Position numbers and translations under genes: made by a program. The notes under the pieces are model-generated. The model was not told the origin of the DNA, did no database searches, and was given only the letters and a program-made list of their open reading frames with translations. A DNA stretch of 63,865 nucleotides, counting the filler, from Licmophora abbreviata (lineage: Eukaryota): the NCBI GenBank assembly GCA_900291995.1. It is 22 parts of 22 records of this genome, joined end to end, with 100 filler letters (N's around TTAATTAATTAA, not from the genome) between each part and the next. Parts side by side here need not be neighbours in the genome. Positions count along the whole stretch, not along the records: positions 36,722 to 38,718 come from OLMU01006181.1; positions 38,819 to 41,016 come from OLMU01006182.1; positions 41,117 to 42,550 come from OLMU01006183.1; positions 42,651 to 45,698 come from OLMU01006184.1; positions 45,799 to 48,587 come from OLMU01006186.1; 17 more parts are not named here. The stretch is one strand, 5' to 3'. How positions within the stretch are numbered: position 1 is the first letter of the stretch; each line of letters begins with the position of its first letter. Shown here one piece after another: positions 37,183 to 48,499 of the stretch.

Positions 37183-38335
37183 TTAAACCTCGACGTTTTC
37201 GCATGCGGCAGTCTTGTCGAAGCGCTTCAGGATACCGGCAGTCACCTTGCCGGGTCCAAGCTCCACGGCTCGTTCGAATCCCTTGCTGAGTACACTATCC
37301 ATGGTGTTTTCCCACAATACCGGGGACGTGACTTGGGTGGCGAGGAGCTTCTTGATTTCAGCAGGGTCCGAATGAGGGCTGGCGTCGACGTTACTGATAA
37401 CGGGAATACGGGGCTTCTGAATCTCGATTCCGGCAAGGACCTCCTCCAGTGATGCGACTGCAGGCTTCATAAAATCGGTGTGGAATGCACCTGCGACTGC
37501 CAGCTTGACAGTCATGCGGGCCTTGAACTCAGGCTTCGCCAATTCAGCCGCCGCGTCGCATGCGGCGGCGGCTCCACTAATGGCGTAGTTGCCGTTACAC
37601 AAAAAGTTGGCGATCCGGATTGACTCGCCGCTCTTCTCAGCTGCCATCTCGCACAGCTCCGCGACCTTGTCCTTCCCAAGACCAATCACAGACACCATAC
37701 CAGAGTCAGTGGCATCGGAAGCTTTCTGCATTGCTTCGCCACGAGCCTTGGTGATCTTGACTCCATCGGCAAACGAGATAGCATCGGCAAAACACAAAGC
37801 CGAGTACTCTCCCAAGCTGAGTCCCATGGCACAGGTGGCAGCATTAACGGCGTCTTCTCCCTGCTCTTGTCGGAGCTTCTCGACGGCCGCCATGCTAGCA
37901 ACGAAAATGGCAGGCTGAGACACTTCGGTCGAGTCCAAGAGCTCCTTGGGGCCCTCCGTACACCTCTGAAGCAAGTCGTATCCCAAGATTTCGCTTGCTT
38001 CGTCAAACAAAGCCTTGGCGGTAGGTACCTCCTTGCAGACGTCGCCGCACATTCCGACGAACTGAGCTCCCTGACCAGGGAACATGAAAGCAACCTTTGC
38101 AATAGTGACGAGGGTAAAACGAGTTGAGATTCAGATGGATGCAGAGTGATGATCCTAGAAGTGAAGCAAACCTTGCCATGCCACGCACCTTGGAGGAGTA
38201 CTCGTCGAAATCATTGTCACTGGAGGACAGTGCTGTCATCGCGCGTCGTCCCAACGCCGTCCTCGCTCCTGGAGCGAATCCGGCTGCCATGCGGGCAGTC
38301 AAGAGCCACATTCCAACCGAGAAAAGTCGAGCCAT
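37183..38335 (-). CDS. fabD: Plastid malonyl-CoA:ACP transacylase; intron 38188-38095
   Basis: FMFPGQGAQ, SQPAIF, catalytic GLSLGEY, VAGAFHT and ELGPGKV. The presequence ends in AAGFAP. Confidence 0.95.
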
Positions 38336-38818
38336 GCTGAGGTTGTTTAGTGTGCTGCCTTTGCAGTATCCAATGTGCTTACAAGAATGGATGTGAAGCG
38401 TCCACCGAGAGCAACAACGCGGTCCGCTTCGTGGGAAACGTCGTCGGTGTTCGAGTACGTCATCTCATCGCATCTTGGGTTTTCCTAGCGTCTTTTCAAC
38501 AAACTTGAAACTTCCTAATAATCATGTGTACCTGGTAAGTTCTTAAGCCAGGTTCTTTTCGTACGCTAGAAAAATACGTCAGTGTGTCCGAGCACCTCAC
38601 AGTTCTACTTTGCAGGTACCGTGCAAATTCAAGTCTGATGAAACACTGTCTGACTTGGGCTATGTACACATACGAGTATACTTTGCGCGCAACATCTTGA
38701 AACAATCTCGACACGCCGNNNNNNNNNNNNNNNNNNNNNNNNNNNNNNNNNNNNNNNNNNNNTTAATTAATTAANNNNNNNNNNNNNNNNNNNNNNNNNN
38801 NNNNNNNNNNNNNNNNNN

Positions 38819-39158
38819 ACCCGAATCTATTGCCATTGCCAAGTCGCGATTTCCTCACTGCGAGTTTCGACTGGAGGACGCGCTCACGGAACAGGGCATG
38901 AAGCAGTTGTGTGGAGAGTGTCGGACAATACTGGGGTTGGAGACCGCACCATCGGTGATTGCGATCGATATAAATGGCAATCGGGAACTGCCGGCCGTCT
39001 TGCAGTGTTTGGAAAACGTACTGAGTTGGTCCATGTGGCGCAATGAAAAAATAGACGAGGAGGAGTATCCATTGAAGAAGGAACCCTCGACACCGCGACT
39101 GGTGATTGTCAAGTCACGTCAGTTGTATGCGAAACTCAAAGCATCTAGAAGTCCATGA
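38819..39158 (+). CDS. C-terminal fragment of an unknown protein
   Basis: Open frame from the gap to the stop at 39158: VIAIDINGNRELPAVLQC..PRLVIVKSRQLY. Confidence 0.45.
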
Positions 39159-39180
39159 CACAATCGTGGGACGCTTACAT

Positions 39181-40317
39181 TTACATGTGATAGACTAGTT
39201 GTCGTCGCATCGAATCCCACTCGTGCGCTTCCACCGCCTCACCCTCAATCAGCTTGCGCGCCGCGCAGCACTTGACGAGAACAAGATTTTCGTCGAGTCG
39301 ATTCGGATGCAACAGGGTGCGCGCATTTTTGCGCCAGACGACCCATTTCTGACAGTCCTCCGAAGACTTCTTCTTTTCCATTGTCTCTTGATAGACACAG
39401 CATAGACAGGAAGGAGGCTGAACGAATCCGAGGCGGGCAAAGAAACACATTTCGACAAAGAGCTTTTCGAGCTCATCTTCGTTCTTGACCACATCCGAGT
39501 CCCAGACTTGTTGAGTTTCGACAATGGAGTTTGTAGTCATGCGACTAGTAGACGTGAAAGTTCTTTCCGTAGCAATAGGTGACGCAGGAGCCTTGCCTTG
39601 CTGTTCTGCTTCTTGCCGGACGGGAGGACTTTCCATTTCTAGACTCGACGAATGATTGCTGTGCAACACTCCAAGTTCCGTCTCTGCAAGAGGAGCGTCG
39701 TCGCCACCAGCAGTGCTTGGTCCCATCATTTTACGAAATAGACTACGACTGGTTGTCTTTCGCTTGAATGTAGGTTGCTGAAACTGGGACGAATCAGTCT
39801 GCTGCTGTCGCACATGATACTGTTTGTAGGCCTCTTCTAGCAAGCGCTCCACATGCAGTGCTGGAGACTCGCCCGCAGCAGCAGCGTTGTTGTCGTTGGC
39901 ACCGCCGAAAGCATCATTGCCACCACGACTTTCCAGTAGCTGCAGATACGTCTGTTCCTCTCGAGCGCTTATGATTCCGCGACGCTTGTAGTCCGCAATA
40001 CGAGGCATGAGCTTGAGCCCAAGTTCTGTGGGTGGAGACAGGGGGAGATTGCTCACTGATGAAGAAGCAAGTAGCTTCTTTTTGCCATTTTTGCGACGAC
40101 GAAATCGATCCACAATGCCATTGGATCCATTGCTGTGATGACCACTACTGCTAGTGCTGTGCGGAGAGACAGTGTCCTGTGGCGGCGGCGACGGTGACTT
40201 CTTACTACTAGCGTGTGAACTAGTACCGGTACCAGTGGTCGGCTTGTTGGTGGCCACAGTCAGGCCTCGCGTTCCTCGTTTCAGGAAGCGTTGCCGGCGA
40301 GAGTTTGACGTATACAT
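39181..40317 (-). CDS. Hypothetical protein: disordered N-terminus and a C-terminal Cys/Trp-rich domain
   Basis: Long ORF ending in LFVEMCFFARLGFVQPPSCLCC..CQKWVVWRK..LHP..VKCCAAR..WD. Confidence 0.65.
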   Translation of the reverse strand: MYTSNSRRQRFLKRGTRGLTVATNKPTTGTGTSSHASSKKSPSPPPQDTVSPHSTSSSGHHSNGSNGIVDRFRRRKNGKKKLLASSSVSNLPLSPPTELGLKLMPRIADYKRRGIISAREEQTYLQLLESRGGNDAFGGANDNNAAAAGESPALHVERLLEEAYKQYHVRQQQTDSSQFQQPTFKRKTTSRSLFRKMMGPSTAGGDDAPLAETELGVLHSNHSSSLEMESPPVRQEAEQQGKAPASPIATERTFTSTSRMTTNSIVETQQVWDSDVVKNEDELEKLFVEMCFFARLGFVQPPSCLCCVYQETMEKKKSSEDCQKWVVWRKNARTLLHPNRLDENLVLVKCCAARKLIEGEAVEAHEWDSMRRQLVYHM

Positions 40318-40636
40318 GGTGTTTTGAAAGGAAACGGATTGAATCACACAAGACGAGGAGAGCTTTGTTCTCGTTCCACGATCTTCCTCACCATCATCAT
40401 CGTGATGGGCGATGGATCGACACGAACAATCCCGCCCGAACGGCGGGAAAACGCTGCTTGAACTCCAACGGCTCTACCGTCTGTATCATACGAACACCGA
40501 CAACGGAAAGCATTGCTTTCTACGGCGTTTTGCGTAGAAGCTGGTACAAAAAAGCGAGTTCCGCAATATTTCCTTCACAGAACATTCAACATGAAATAAA
40601 TTCAGAGAACTTCGTTTTTAAAAATTATCAATTAAA

Positions 40637-41016
40637 GTGGATCGGCAGGAAGCTCCGCATTTGGCCGAATCCGTGCTGGAGAGGCTGTTGAATAAGGCCC
40701 GAAGTGAAGATGCGGGAGTGATGCCAGACGCTGTTGCTTTCAGCACTGTTATCAACGCGTGGGCGCAGAGTGGACTGCCTGGTGCCCATCGAAAGGCCGA
40801 GGCTGTTCTAGAGCGATCATACGAACTGTGGAAGAGCACCGGAAATTCTGCGTGTATGCCTAATACGATTGCATTCAATACAGTCCTGCATGCCTGGGCC
40901 AATAGCGGGGATGGCGGGACACCCGAGCGAGCCGATGCGATTCTGCAACGAATGTTGGATCTGTGCGGAAGAGGAATTGTGGACACCATGCCGAACGTTC
41001 GGACTTACAACACACT
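40637..41016 (+). CDS. PPR-repeat coding fragment (start unclear, truncated by the gap)
   Basis: PDAVAFSTVINAWAQS, PNTIAFNTVLHAWANS and PNVRTYNT. Confidence 0.8.
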
Positions 41017-41116
41017 NNNNNNNNNNNNNNNNNNNNNNNNNNNNNNNNNNNNNNNNNNNNTTAATTAATTAANNNNNNNNNNNNNNNNNNNNNNNNNNNN
41101 NNNNNNNNNNNNNNNN

Positions 41117-44014
41117 GACTCCATTTCGTGCACTTTCGTAGGCATTGTTCGAATATACATGCTTCCCGTCGGAACTACAACCCTCTTTGCCTCATGGCAT
41201 GACGATATCCAAGCGAGAGAAACCATGGGGATGCCGGCGAGGGAAGCTCTCATCGCCTTGACAGTCCTGCGTGCTGAGGTCAAATTCTCTTCATTTCCCT
41301 GATCTTTGACCGGCAATATGCAGACAGTCGTCCTGTGCGCATGAATTGACTCCGTCACTTTGATCTTGACTGAAGTGGGACGACGCGAAGTTTCAGTGAG
41401 TCACGAACGAATGAAAGTATCTGTTCAGGCAAAATACGTATCACTCGACAACTCTAGCATACCTTCAAAATCCCTGCTTTCCTTGCTGAGAGCCTCCAGA
41501 GTTGCCGCATCATAATCAGAAAGACTTGAAGCAACAACTGAAATAGCTTTTTTCTCCATTGCGGAAGAAAAACGGTGAGCATAGTGCACGTTCGCCAGTT
41601 GGCATTTTTCGTCGTTGTCTAAGTGAGGAAACTCATATGCCGGCGGCATTTCCGCTAATTGCCGGAGCTTTCCCGATTCCATTCGTCGCTTCTTCAAAGC
41701 TTTGGTCGATTTGGCTTTGATACGTTGCTTTGCCTTCTCTGTCTGCTCTGAGACGGGGCTCACCCTCATATTTTCCGCACTTTCGACGAGAGGCTTGCGC
41801 TTCCGGTTGGTAGTCTTCGGCGTGTTGTCCATGGCTTTTGACCTTCTTACTTGGTCGACATCGATCGCTGCATCAAAACCGTCGGATGCCAGCTGCTTGA
41901 GCAACGTCTCCGGAACCTCGTCCTTCGGCGAAGTCCGCAACCGTCGCGACTTGCGCTCATGTGTATACTCGTAATCCTGTTCGGGGATGCCTACTCCTTC
42001 AATCTCTTGCTCAACTGACACAAATGTAGCCTCGACGCTCCTCTCTTTCCCTCCCAGAATGTAGGCGACATCATACGAAAGCGAAACACCGTCGTTTTGC
42101 ACACGGACGATGCGTGCCACGCCGCCAGGCTTGTTGACTCCCGGCCACGTACGGCTTTGCACCGACACAATTGTTCCGACTTTGAGCAGCGGCGCTTGAC
42201 TTGGCTGTTGACTACTATGTGCGTCAAGGTATGCATCGGCCGAGGTGGTTTCTTCTGTATCCTCGCCAGCCGTGAAGAAGTCCTCCTCTTCGGAAGATGG
42301 GATGGGATCTAGTGAATTGCCGCCAAGGATGACAGGAGGCGCACTCATGCTTGAATCGACAGCATCAACTTCAGCTACCCCCGTTGCAGACTCTCGAGCA
42401 GCCACTTCTTCTCCAATACTTTTTCCTTCCGTGGCGGCTGCAGTTTCAGGCTCGTGCTGCGCCTCGTGATCTGCGACGACAAGACCAGACTGCACGCTTC
42501 CCGAAGCATTCACCGTCTCTCGCTCTTTGATCGCCACATCAACATTATCANNNNNNNNNNNNNNNNNNNNNNNNNNNNNNNNNNNNNNNNNNNNTTAATT
42601 AATTAANNNNNNNNNNNNNNNNNNNNNNNNNNNNNNNNNNNNNNNNNNNNGAAGCATTCACCGTCTCTCGCTCTTTGATCGCCACATCAACATTATCACC
42701 AGCCAGAATCTGAACTAACTGCTGATTTGCGACAATCGTCGTTATGTCCACTTGGGCCGTTGAGTCGTCCGTACCGGACTGACTCTCACGTGGAGTTGCA
42801 TTGTGCTTGTCATCCTGGGTTGACGTGTCACTCGTACCGTCTTTATCGTGCTCATCGATTGATCGCTCGTTGCGACCAGTCTCGGAAACACCCAGCGTTG
42901 CTTCAGCAGTAGTCGTCTCGCCGAGAAACTTTTCAACCTTGACGAGAACTTGGCTAGTGTCCACCTCCTCATCACCACTCACATCGTGCGAAAGGAGAGC
43001 GGATCCAGCCGAAGCTGCATCTGTACCGCTCTGGTCGCGTCGCGCACTTTCCGTCCCAGTTGAGCCTCCTCGGATTTCCAATTTTTTCTCTTCTTCTTGA
43101 CGCTCTTTCGGCTCGGGGGGACTCAAGAGCAAGTCTTGAGACGACGCAGGATCATCCAAATCTTCTTCATCCTCCTTTGTTTTGTCTCTTTCTTCGGACT
43201 GGCGCCTGTCTTCCTCTTCCAACATCCACTCCTCAGATCGATCCGCTGCTTCTCGGTCGCGCGAGTCTTGCAGGATTTGTGACAATAGTTGAGTACCGGT
43301 GGCTTCAACATCGTCGACTTTCTCACCAATGGGCGTATCCTTGTGAGACTCCTCTTTCTTCTTACTACCGACAGTGGTATGATCGGCGGCCGCTGCCGCG
43401 AGGACCATGGCCCGCTCCTGTTTCAATACCACATTGGCCCCCTCTCCCTCTGCATCCACAACCTGGTTCCACGTGTTGCAAATTTGATAGTGCAGATCAA
43501 CATCCGCAGCATCGTTGTCCTGTTCGACGGCATCACTACCCTCTTCCATGATACAACTATCACCCGGTGCAATCTGAGTCAACAATCCTTCGAGCTGTGG
43601 CTGGTAGGACAACGGGGCCCATCCCAGCTGCTGCAGCAAAGTCTTGTAAGCACGACACAATTGATGCAAATTGGTAGCATCCACCAGCGACCGTTTTGAC
43701 GCTGGCTGCTTGCAGGTAGGACAAAGAGTACAGCTAGGACTGGGACTGTTTCTCCACCACGCGACAATGCATTCGCGACAGTAGACATGAACGCAGGGCA
43801 AAAGGACGGGATCCGTCAATGTACTCTGACAGACGCTGCAGCGCAAGGACCGTCCCATTTGGTCGAGTTCGCGTTGGAGGGTCTGATACAGCGTCGTATG
43901 GGCTCTGGTCACGGACGAGGAAGAACTTGAGTTCATCATGGCGGTGCTTTGCGCAGTAGGATGGGACGAGACGGTTTGTTTGCACTGCGAGGACGGCGAC
44001 GAAGACGACGACAT
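41117..44014 (-). CDS. RING-finger, Tudor-like and BRCT protein (BRCA1/BARD1-like); spans the gap at 42551; intron 41462-41370; 3'-truncated
   Basis: C3HC4 RING CSVC..CVHVYCREC..CPTC. The contigs overlap by 48 identical nt in frame. BRCT-like RTVKAMRASLAGIPMVSLAWISSC. Confidence 0.78.
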
Positions 44015-44649
44015 GCTGCTTCTCTCCTCGCCGTGGTGTGTCAGTTTTCAGTTGTGATTTTCGATTTTCGGTACTCGTATGTTCATACATGCGTGAGACT
44101 CAATTTTCAATTTCTACGTCAATTTTGTACTGTCTCCACGTACGAAGCACACTTCAAAATGGCGCGCTCTTGTGCAAGCACAGCCACGGAGCAACTGTTT
44201 CGTCCGCGAAAGCAGTCGCACACTGGGACGACACAGCCAAACCAACACTAACTTTGACTCACACTCGTGACTGATGGCCACAGCCGGGACCGAAACATTG
44301 AAAAAGTCATTGTAGAGCACCAAATCTGGTCATTTCTCTGATTCGTATTTATTGATCTCAGCTGCACGACAGACCCAAAACCCATTATGACCCTCCGACC
44401 ATCTGTGACACATCAAAGACGACCGATCGCGCACAAAATGCAGTCACTAGTATCGCTTCAATTCACACTTTGTGTCGTCGCTCTCGTACCGGCGTGCTTC
44501 AGTCCACTTTCCCTCTTTACGAGTCAACGACGCAACCGGGCGCAAGTAGAAGCGTTCCTCTGCTCTGTATCCACGTGAGATCTCTGCACAAGCATCCACG
44601 TACATTCGAAAACAGTGCATCCCAGTGCAAGATCCACCGACATCGAAAT

Positions 44650-45698
44650 ATGACTTCCAAGAGAACGGGGGCATTCATTGAGGCATTGGCTTTTCTCTGG
44701 TTGGCCACCACCTTGCTATTACGCCATCCAGCAGAAGCTATCTCAGCATACTCCATTCGCAACAAAACACGAGAAGAGTCGGCTTCACAGAGAGCGATTT
44801 CCCCTAGGAACATCTCACCACGGACATTGTCAACAAATGCCATTTACAAGTACAGCTTTGGAACACAGGAACTAGCAGACGGGTATGAACCGGCAGCTAT
44901 CGCGAGCTCCGTGGGAGAGTTTTACTACTACAACTATCTCGGCAACGCATTCGCTCCACTGGTGTTTACGTCTCACTTGTGGGTGAAAAGTGACAGCCTG
45001 TTTTTCACGTTGGCACTCGACGACCCGACTCCTCGACTGTACGACGTCACTCTAGGATGGGCCGAGTACTACGCTGTAAACTGTGCCACAGGGAAACGTG
45101 TGTTTTCTGTAGCAGTCGGGTCGCAGATAGAAAATGACATTGACGTCTTCCAGCGAGCTGGCTGTCAGGTTCCTTACCGGTTTACGTTCAAGAATGTGCA
45201 GGCGACCGGTAGTTTGGATGTTGCGCTCTTCAAAAGCTCGGAGAACCCTTTCCTTTCTCTAATAGAGATACGACCGAGCGAGAACCCCAAGATTAGCTTC
45301 GGTGGGCCCTCCTTCCCAGATGGCTACATGCCCGCCAGAGATGATGGTATCGTCGCCAATTACTTCAACTACTCGGACGTTGTTGCAGGAGCACCAATCA
45401 GCGACACTAGCGACGACCTGGCCTACGCTAGTCACATCTATACATTCGATGCATCCCTCGACTACGTACTGACGCTTACGGCTGGGCAACGGTATGACAT
45501 TACTCTCGGATGGGCGGAGATATACGTTCCCAATTGTGTGGATGGGAAAAGGATATTTCTGGCATCAGTCAATCAGAGGCCACCCGTCGACATTGATGTC
45601 CATGCACTCGCTGGAGGGTGCAGGACAGCCTATCAGACAACGTTCTATGATGTACCAGCGGATCCAGACAACGGGACAATTGTGGTGAAGTTGAGGAG
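44650..45698 (+). CDS. Secreted protein with two malectin-like domains, 3' end runs into the gap
   Basis: Signal peptide. Two copies of YD(V/I)TLGWAE.Y..NC..GKR(V/I)F...V....DIDV...AG, the malectin pattern Y.V.L.FAE..G.R.F. Confidence 0.75.
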
Positions 45699-45798
45699 NN
45701 NNNNNNNNNNNNNNNNNNNNNNNNNNNNNNNNNNNNNNNNNNTTAATTAATTAANNNNNNNNNNNNNNNNNNNNNNNNNNNNNNNNNNNNNNNNNNNN

Positions 45799-47134
45799 CC
45801 ACCTCGCCCATGGAAGCACCGGATGGACCGCTTGACTCGAGGTTCCGGGGAATAGAGCCGACAGCCGTGTTGTCCACGCTTGCTGTCGGGGTTGAGGCAT
45901 CATGTCCAATGGGGAAACTTGTCCGTTGTCAGAAATGGGGAAGAATGCAGCCACAGAAGTCGAAACTCGCGGCCAAACCAGGTGCGGGCGAAACACAATC
46001 GGCCTCAGGCAGAATCCTTATTTTTTCAAGGTTTGGCCTGGAAGGTCAGACAAACTCCTTATCTTTTTCCAGGGAGGAGGCCTCTGTACCTCAGAACTGA
46101 GCTGCACCATTCTCCAAACCACCGAGAATGTCATTCTTGAGCCCATGTCCCCGGATGAAGGCATGTTCGATGTCAGAAGGGCAGATAACCCTTTTGCCGA
46201 CTGGACAATTGTGCACATTGGCTATTGTACTGGTGATGTTCATACTGGTGATAGCGTGAGTGGAGACTTTCACTTCAACGGCCGCGCCAACGTCAACGCC
46301 GTGTTGGACTGGACCTTTCGGAATGTTCCGAATCCGTCGCACCTCTTTATCGGTGGCTGCTCGGCGGGGTCCATTGGAGCTCAGTTTTGGACTCAACGCA
46401 TTCTGGATCACTACCACAAGTCTGCTGCGACCGCACCAATCACATCGACTGCCTACGATTCTGGTGTTGGGAATATTGGACAGGAATCGTATGAAGAAAT
46501 ACTGGCGAGCTGGAATTCCTGTTCAAGCACGGTTTTTGGATGGACATCGGAGCAATACAACCAATGCTTAAATGGGCAGCTTGATCTCACGGATGTGCAA
46601 CTGGAGGTACAGAAGAACTATCGTGACGTCCTATTTACGTTTGTGAATTACAAGGACGACTACCTTTACTACGATATCTTCCTTTGCGGGCTATTGGATC
46701 TCACTGATGCCGATGGTTGCTCACAGCGCGAGTCACTCCGCGCTATAGAAAATACACTCCGGATTTATACGGATGCTGCAAGCAAGGAGTCGAACAATGT
46801 CTTAACGTATTGGGTGAACCACAAGAATCACTGTCTTCTCCCATACAACCGTCTCTACAATCGAAGAGCCGATTTGGTGCTTGATGCGATGGGTGAATTG
46901 GCGGGACGGACACCAGAAACAGTAATTAAGGCATCCTGTTCTGTGTCGCCGGCACCGTCACCAGATATCGACTATGGGTGCGATCCTGTTTTAAAAAATG
47001 CAGTCTTTCGGGGGTCGCCGTCAATGGGAAAAGAGCTCATGCCACGGAACAACGACGAAACACAAGGTACGGACGGAGGAATCTGGGAAGGGGCAAGGTT
47101 TCTGCGGAGCAGGTTAGATAAATTTATACATTAG
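45799..47134 (+). CDS. Pectin acetylesterase/Notum-family carboxylesterase domain (probably the C-terminal part of the malectin gene); apparent frameshift near 45910
   Basis: LLIFFQGGGLC, NPFADWTIVHIGYCTGDVHTG, nucleophile GCSAG and a late HC motif. Confidence 0.85.
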
Positions 47135-47380
47135 AGAAGCGATCAAGAGATTGATATCGCCGTGGAAGGGTTCATCGTTATTTTGTAGGTTGTGCCTGTA
47201 TATGATCGAGCAAATGCAACAGGGGGCGAAAGACGCTTCAAATTTTCAAGTGTTTTCTGTTCCAAGAGAAAAGCTCGCGAGCTCGTATCCTTCATTTCGA
47301 ATTTTTTGAATTTTGAATTTTCGAATTTTCAGTTTCTCAACGCTCACATCATCTCGGCAACCTGACAATGGCCACGAATC

Positions 47381-48440
47381 ATGCCGTCTCCTGCTGCTGC
47401 GACATCAGAGTCGACCCGTAGTCATCATCAGGACTCCTCTCGTTTCACTTCATGGGTGTCACTTTCGATTCTTTCGGCTGTGTCTTTGGCAGCAGTGGTT
47501 TCCGACATTCGGAGCGACAACATTTCCAAAAACTCCGCCGAGACAAAGTGGATCCTTAGCGTCTGCAGCATCAGCTTGATCCTATCGTCTTTCTTGAGTG
47601 TTGCAACGCGCTTTGTTTCAGATGACTTCGCCTTGAAGAAGCCAGAATTATTTTCTGGCTTTTTGCTCTTGGTACTGTGGATTGCGGCTCTGCCTACCAT
47701 CATGGGCCCAAACAATGACTTCGCAATGTCAGGTATCTTTGTGGTGAATTCCAATCTTTACTTTGGCTCGTGGGGGTGTCTGGGATGCAGCTTGATGATT
47801 TGTGGGAATGTCTGCTCAGGGCAAATGAGTCATTCGGCAGAGCCGCTGCTGCTATCCAAGTGGTATGTCGTTGCGGCTGCCAGTGTGCTACTTCTCGCAT
47901 CCTCCATTGAGTTCCACGAATCCTACGAGGAAATTGGATGTTCGTCTAGTATTGGGAAAGAGCAGACCGAGTGCAAGAGGAATCTGTATGCGATTGCACT
48001 TGGTGCTATGGGCAGTCTCATGGCGTTGAGCGTGAGCGTTTTTGCAAAGTGCATATCGTCCTTGCGAGTGGAAACCGCCGTGGCATTCGTGCTTTTCCTG
48101 CTATATGCCGTTGGAGTAGGCTACATTACCTTTGGAGATGGGCCAGGAACAGGTCGTTGGCAATTTGTACTTTAGTACCTGGATTGGCTTCCTTGTGGTA
48201 TTGTTGATTTGCATCGAGGGTGTACGACAGTTGATGCAGGAACGAAGTGAGCAGTCATCGCAGGAATATAACAACGACGAGGACGACGAAGGAGGGGTGG
48301 TGATTGCTGAAGCAGAAGTGCAGAGTCATACAAATTATGATGACGAAGAACCCGAGGTTCATGTAGTAGTAGAGCCGGATGTCGGCAACGTCGTAATACC
48401 TACGGCACCTGCACAGTCTTTCGGTGGGCGGCCGCAATAG
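47381..48440 (+). CDS. Multi-pass membrane protein with duplicated 4-TM units ending in NLYF..W; apparent 1-nt frameshift near 48150
   Basis: The first half ends in NSNLYFGSW. The second-half GNLYFSTW and an acidic tail are in the adjacent frame. Confidence 0.7.
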
Positions 48441-48499
48441 AACTGACCAGCTTAACGAGCAAGGTGCTCAATTATTGGCTACGTGCCTTGCCATCTACG

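Noticed and set aside
12860..48160. Programmed ribosomal frameshifting at the frame breaks
   Set aside because: No shared slippery heptamer or evident downstream structure. The genes are unrelated and the shift directions are mixed, so indel error is simpler.
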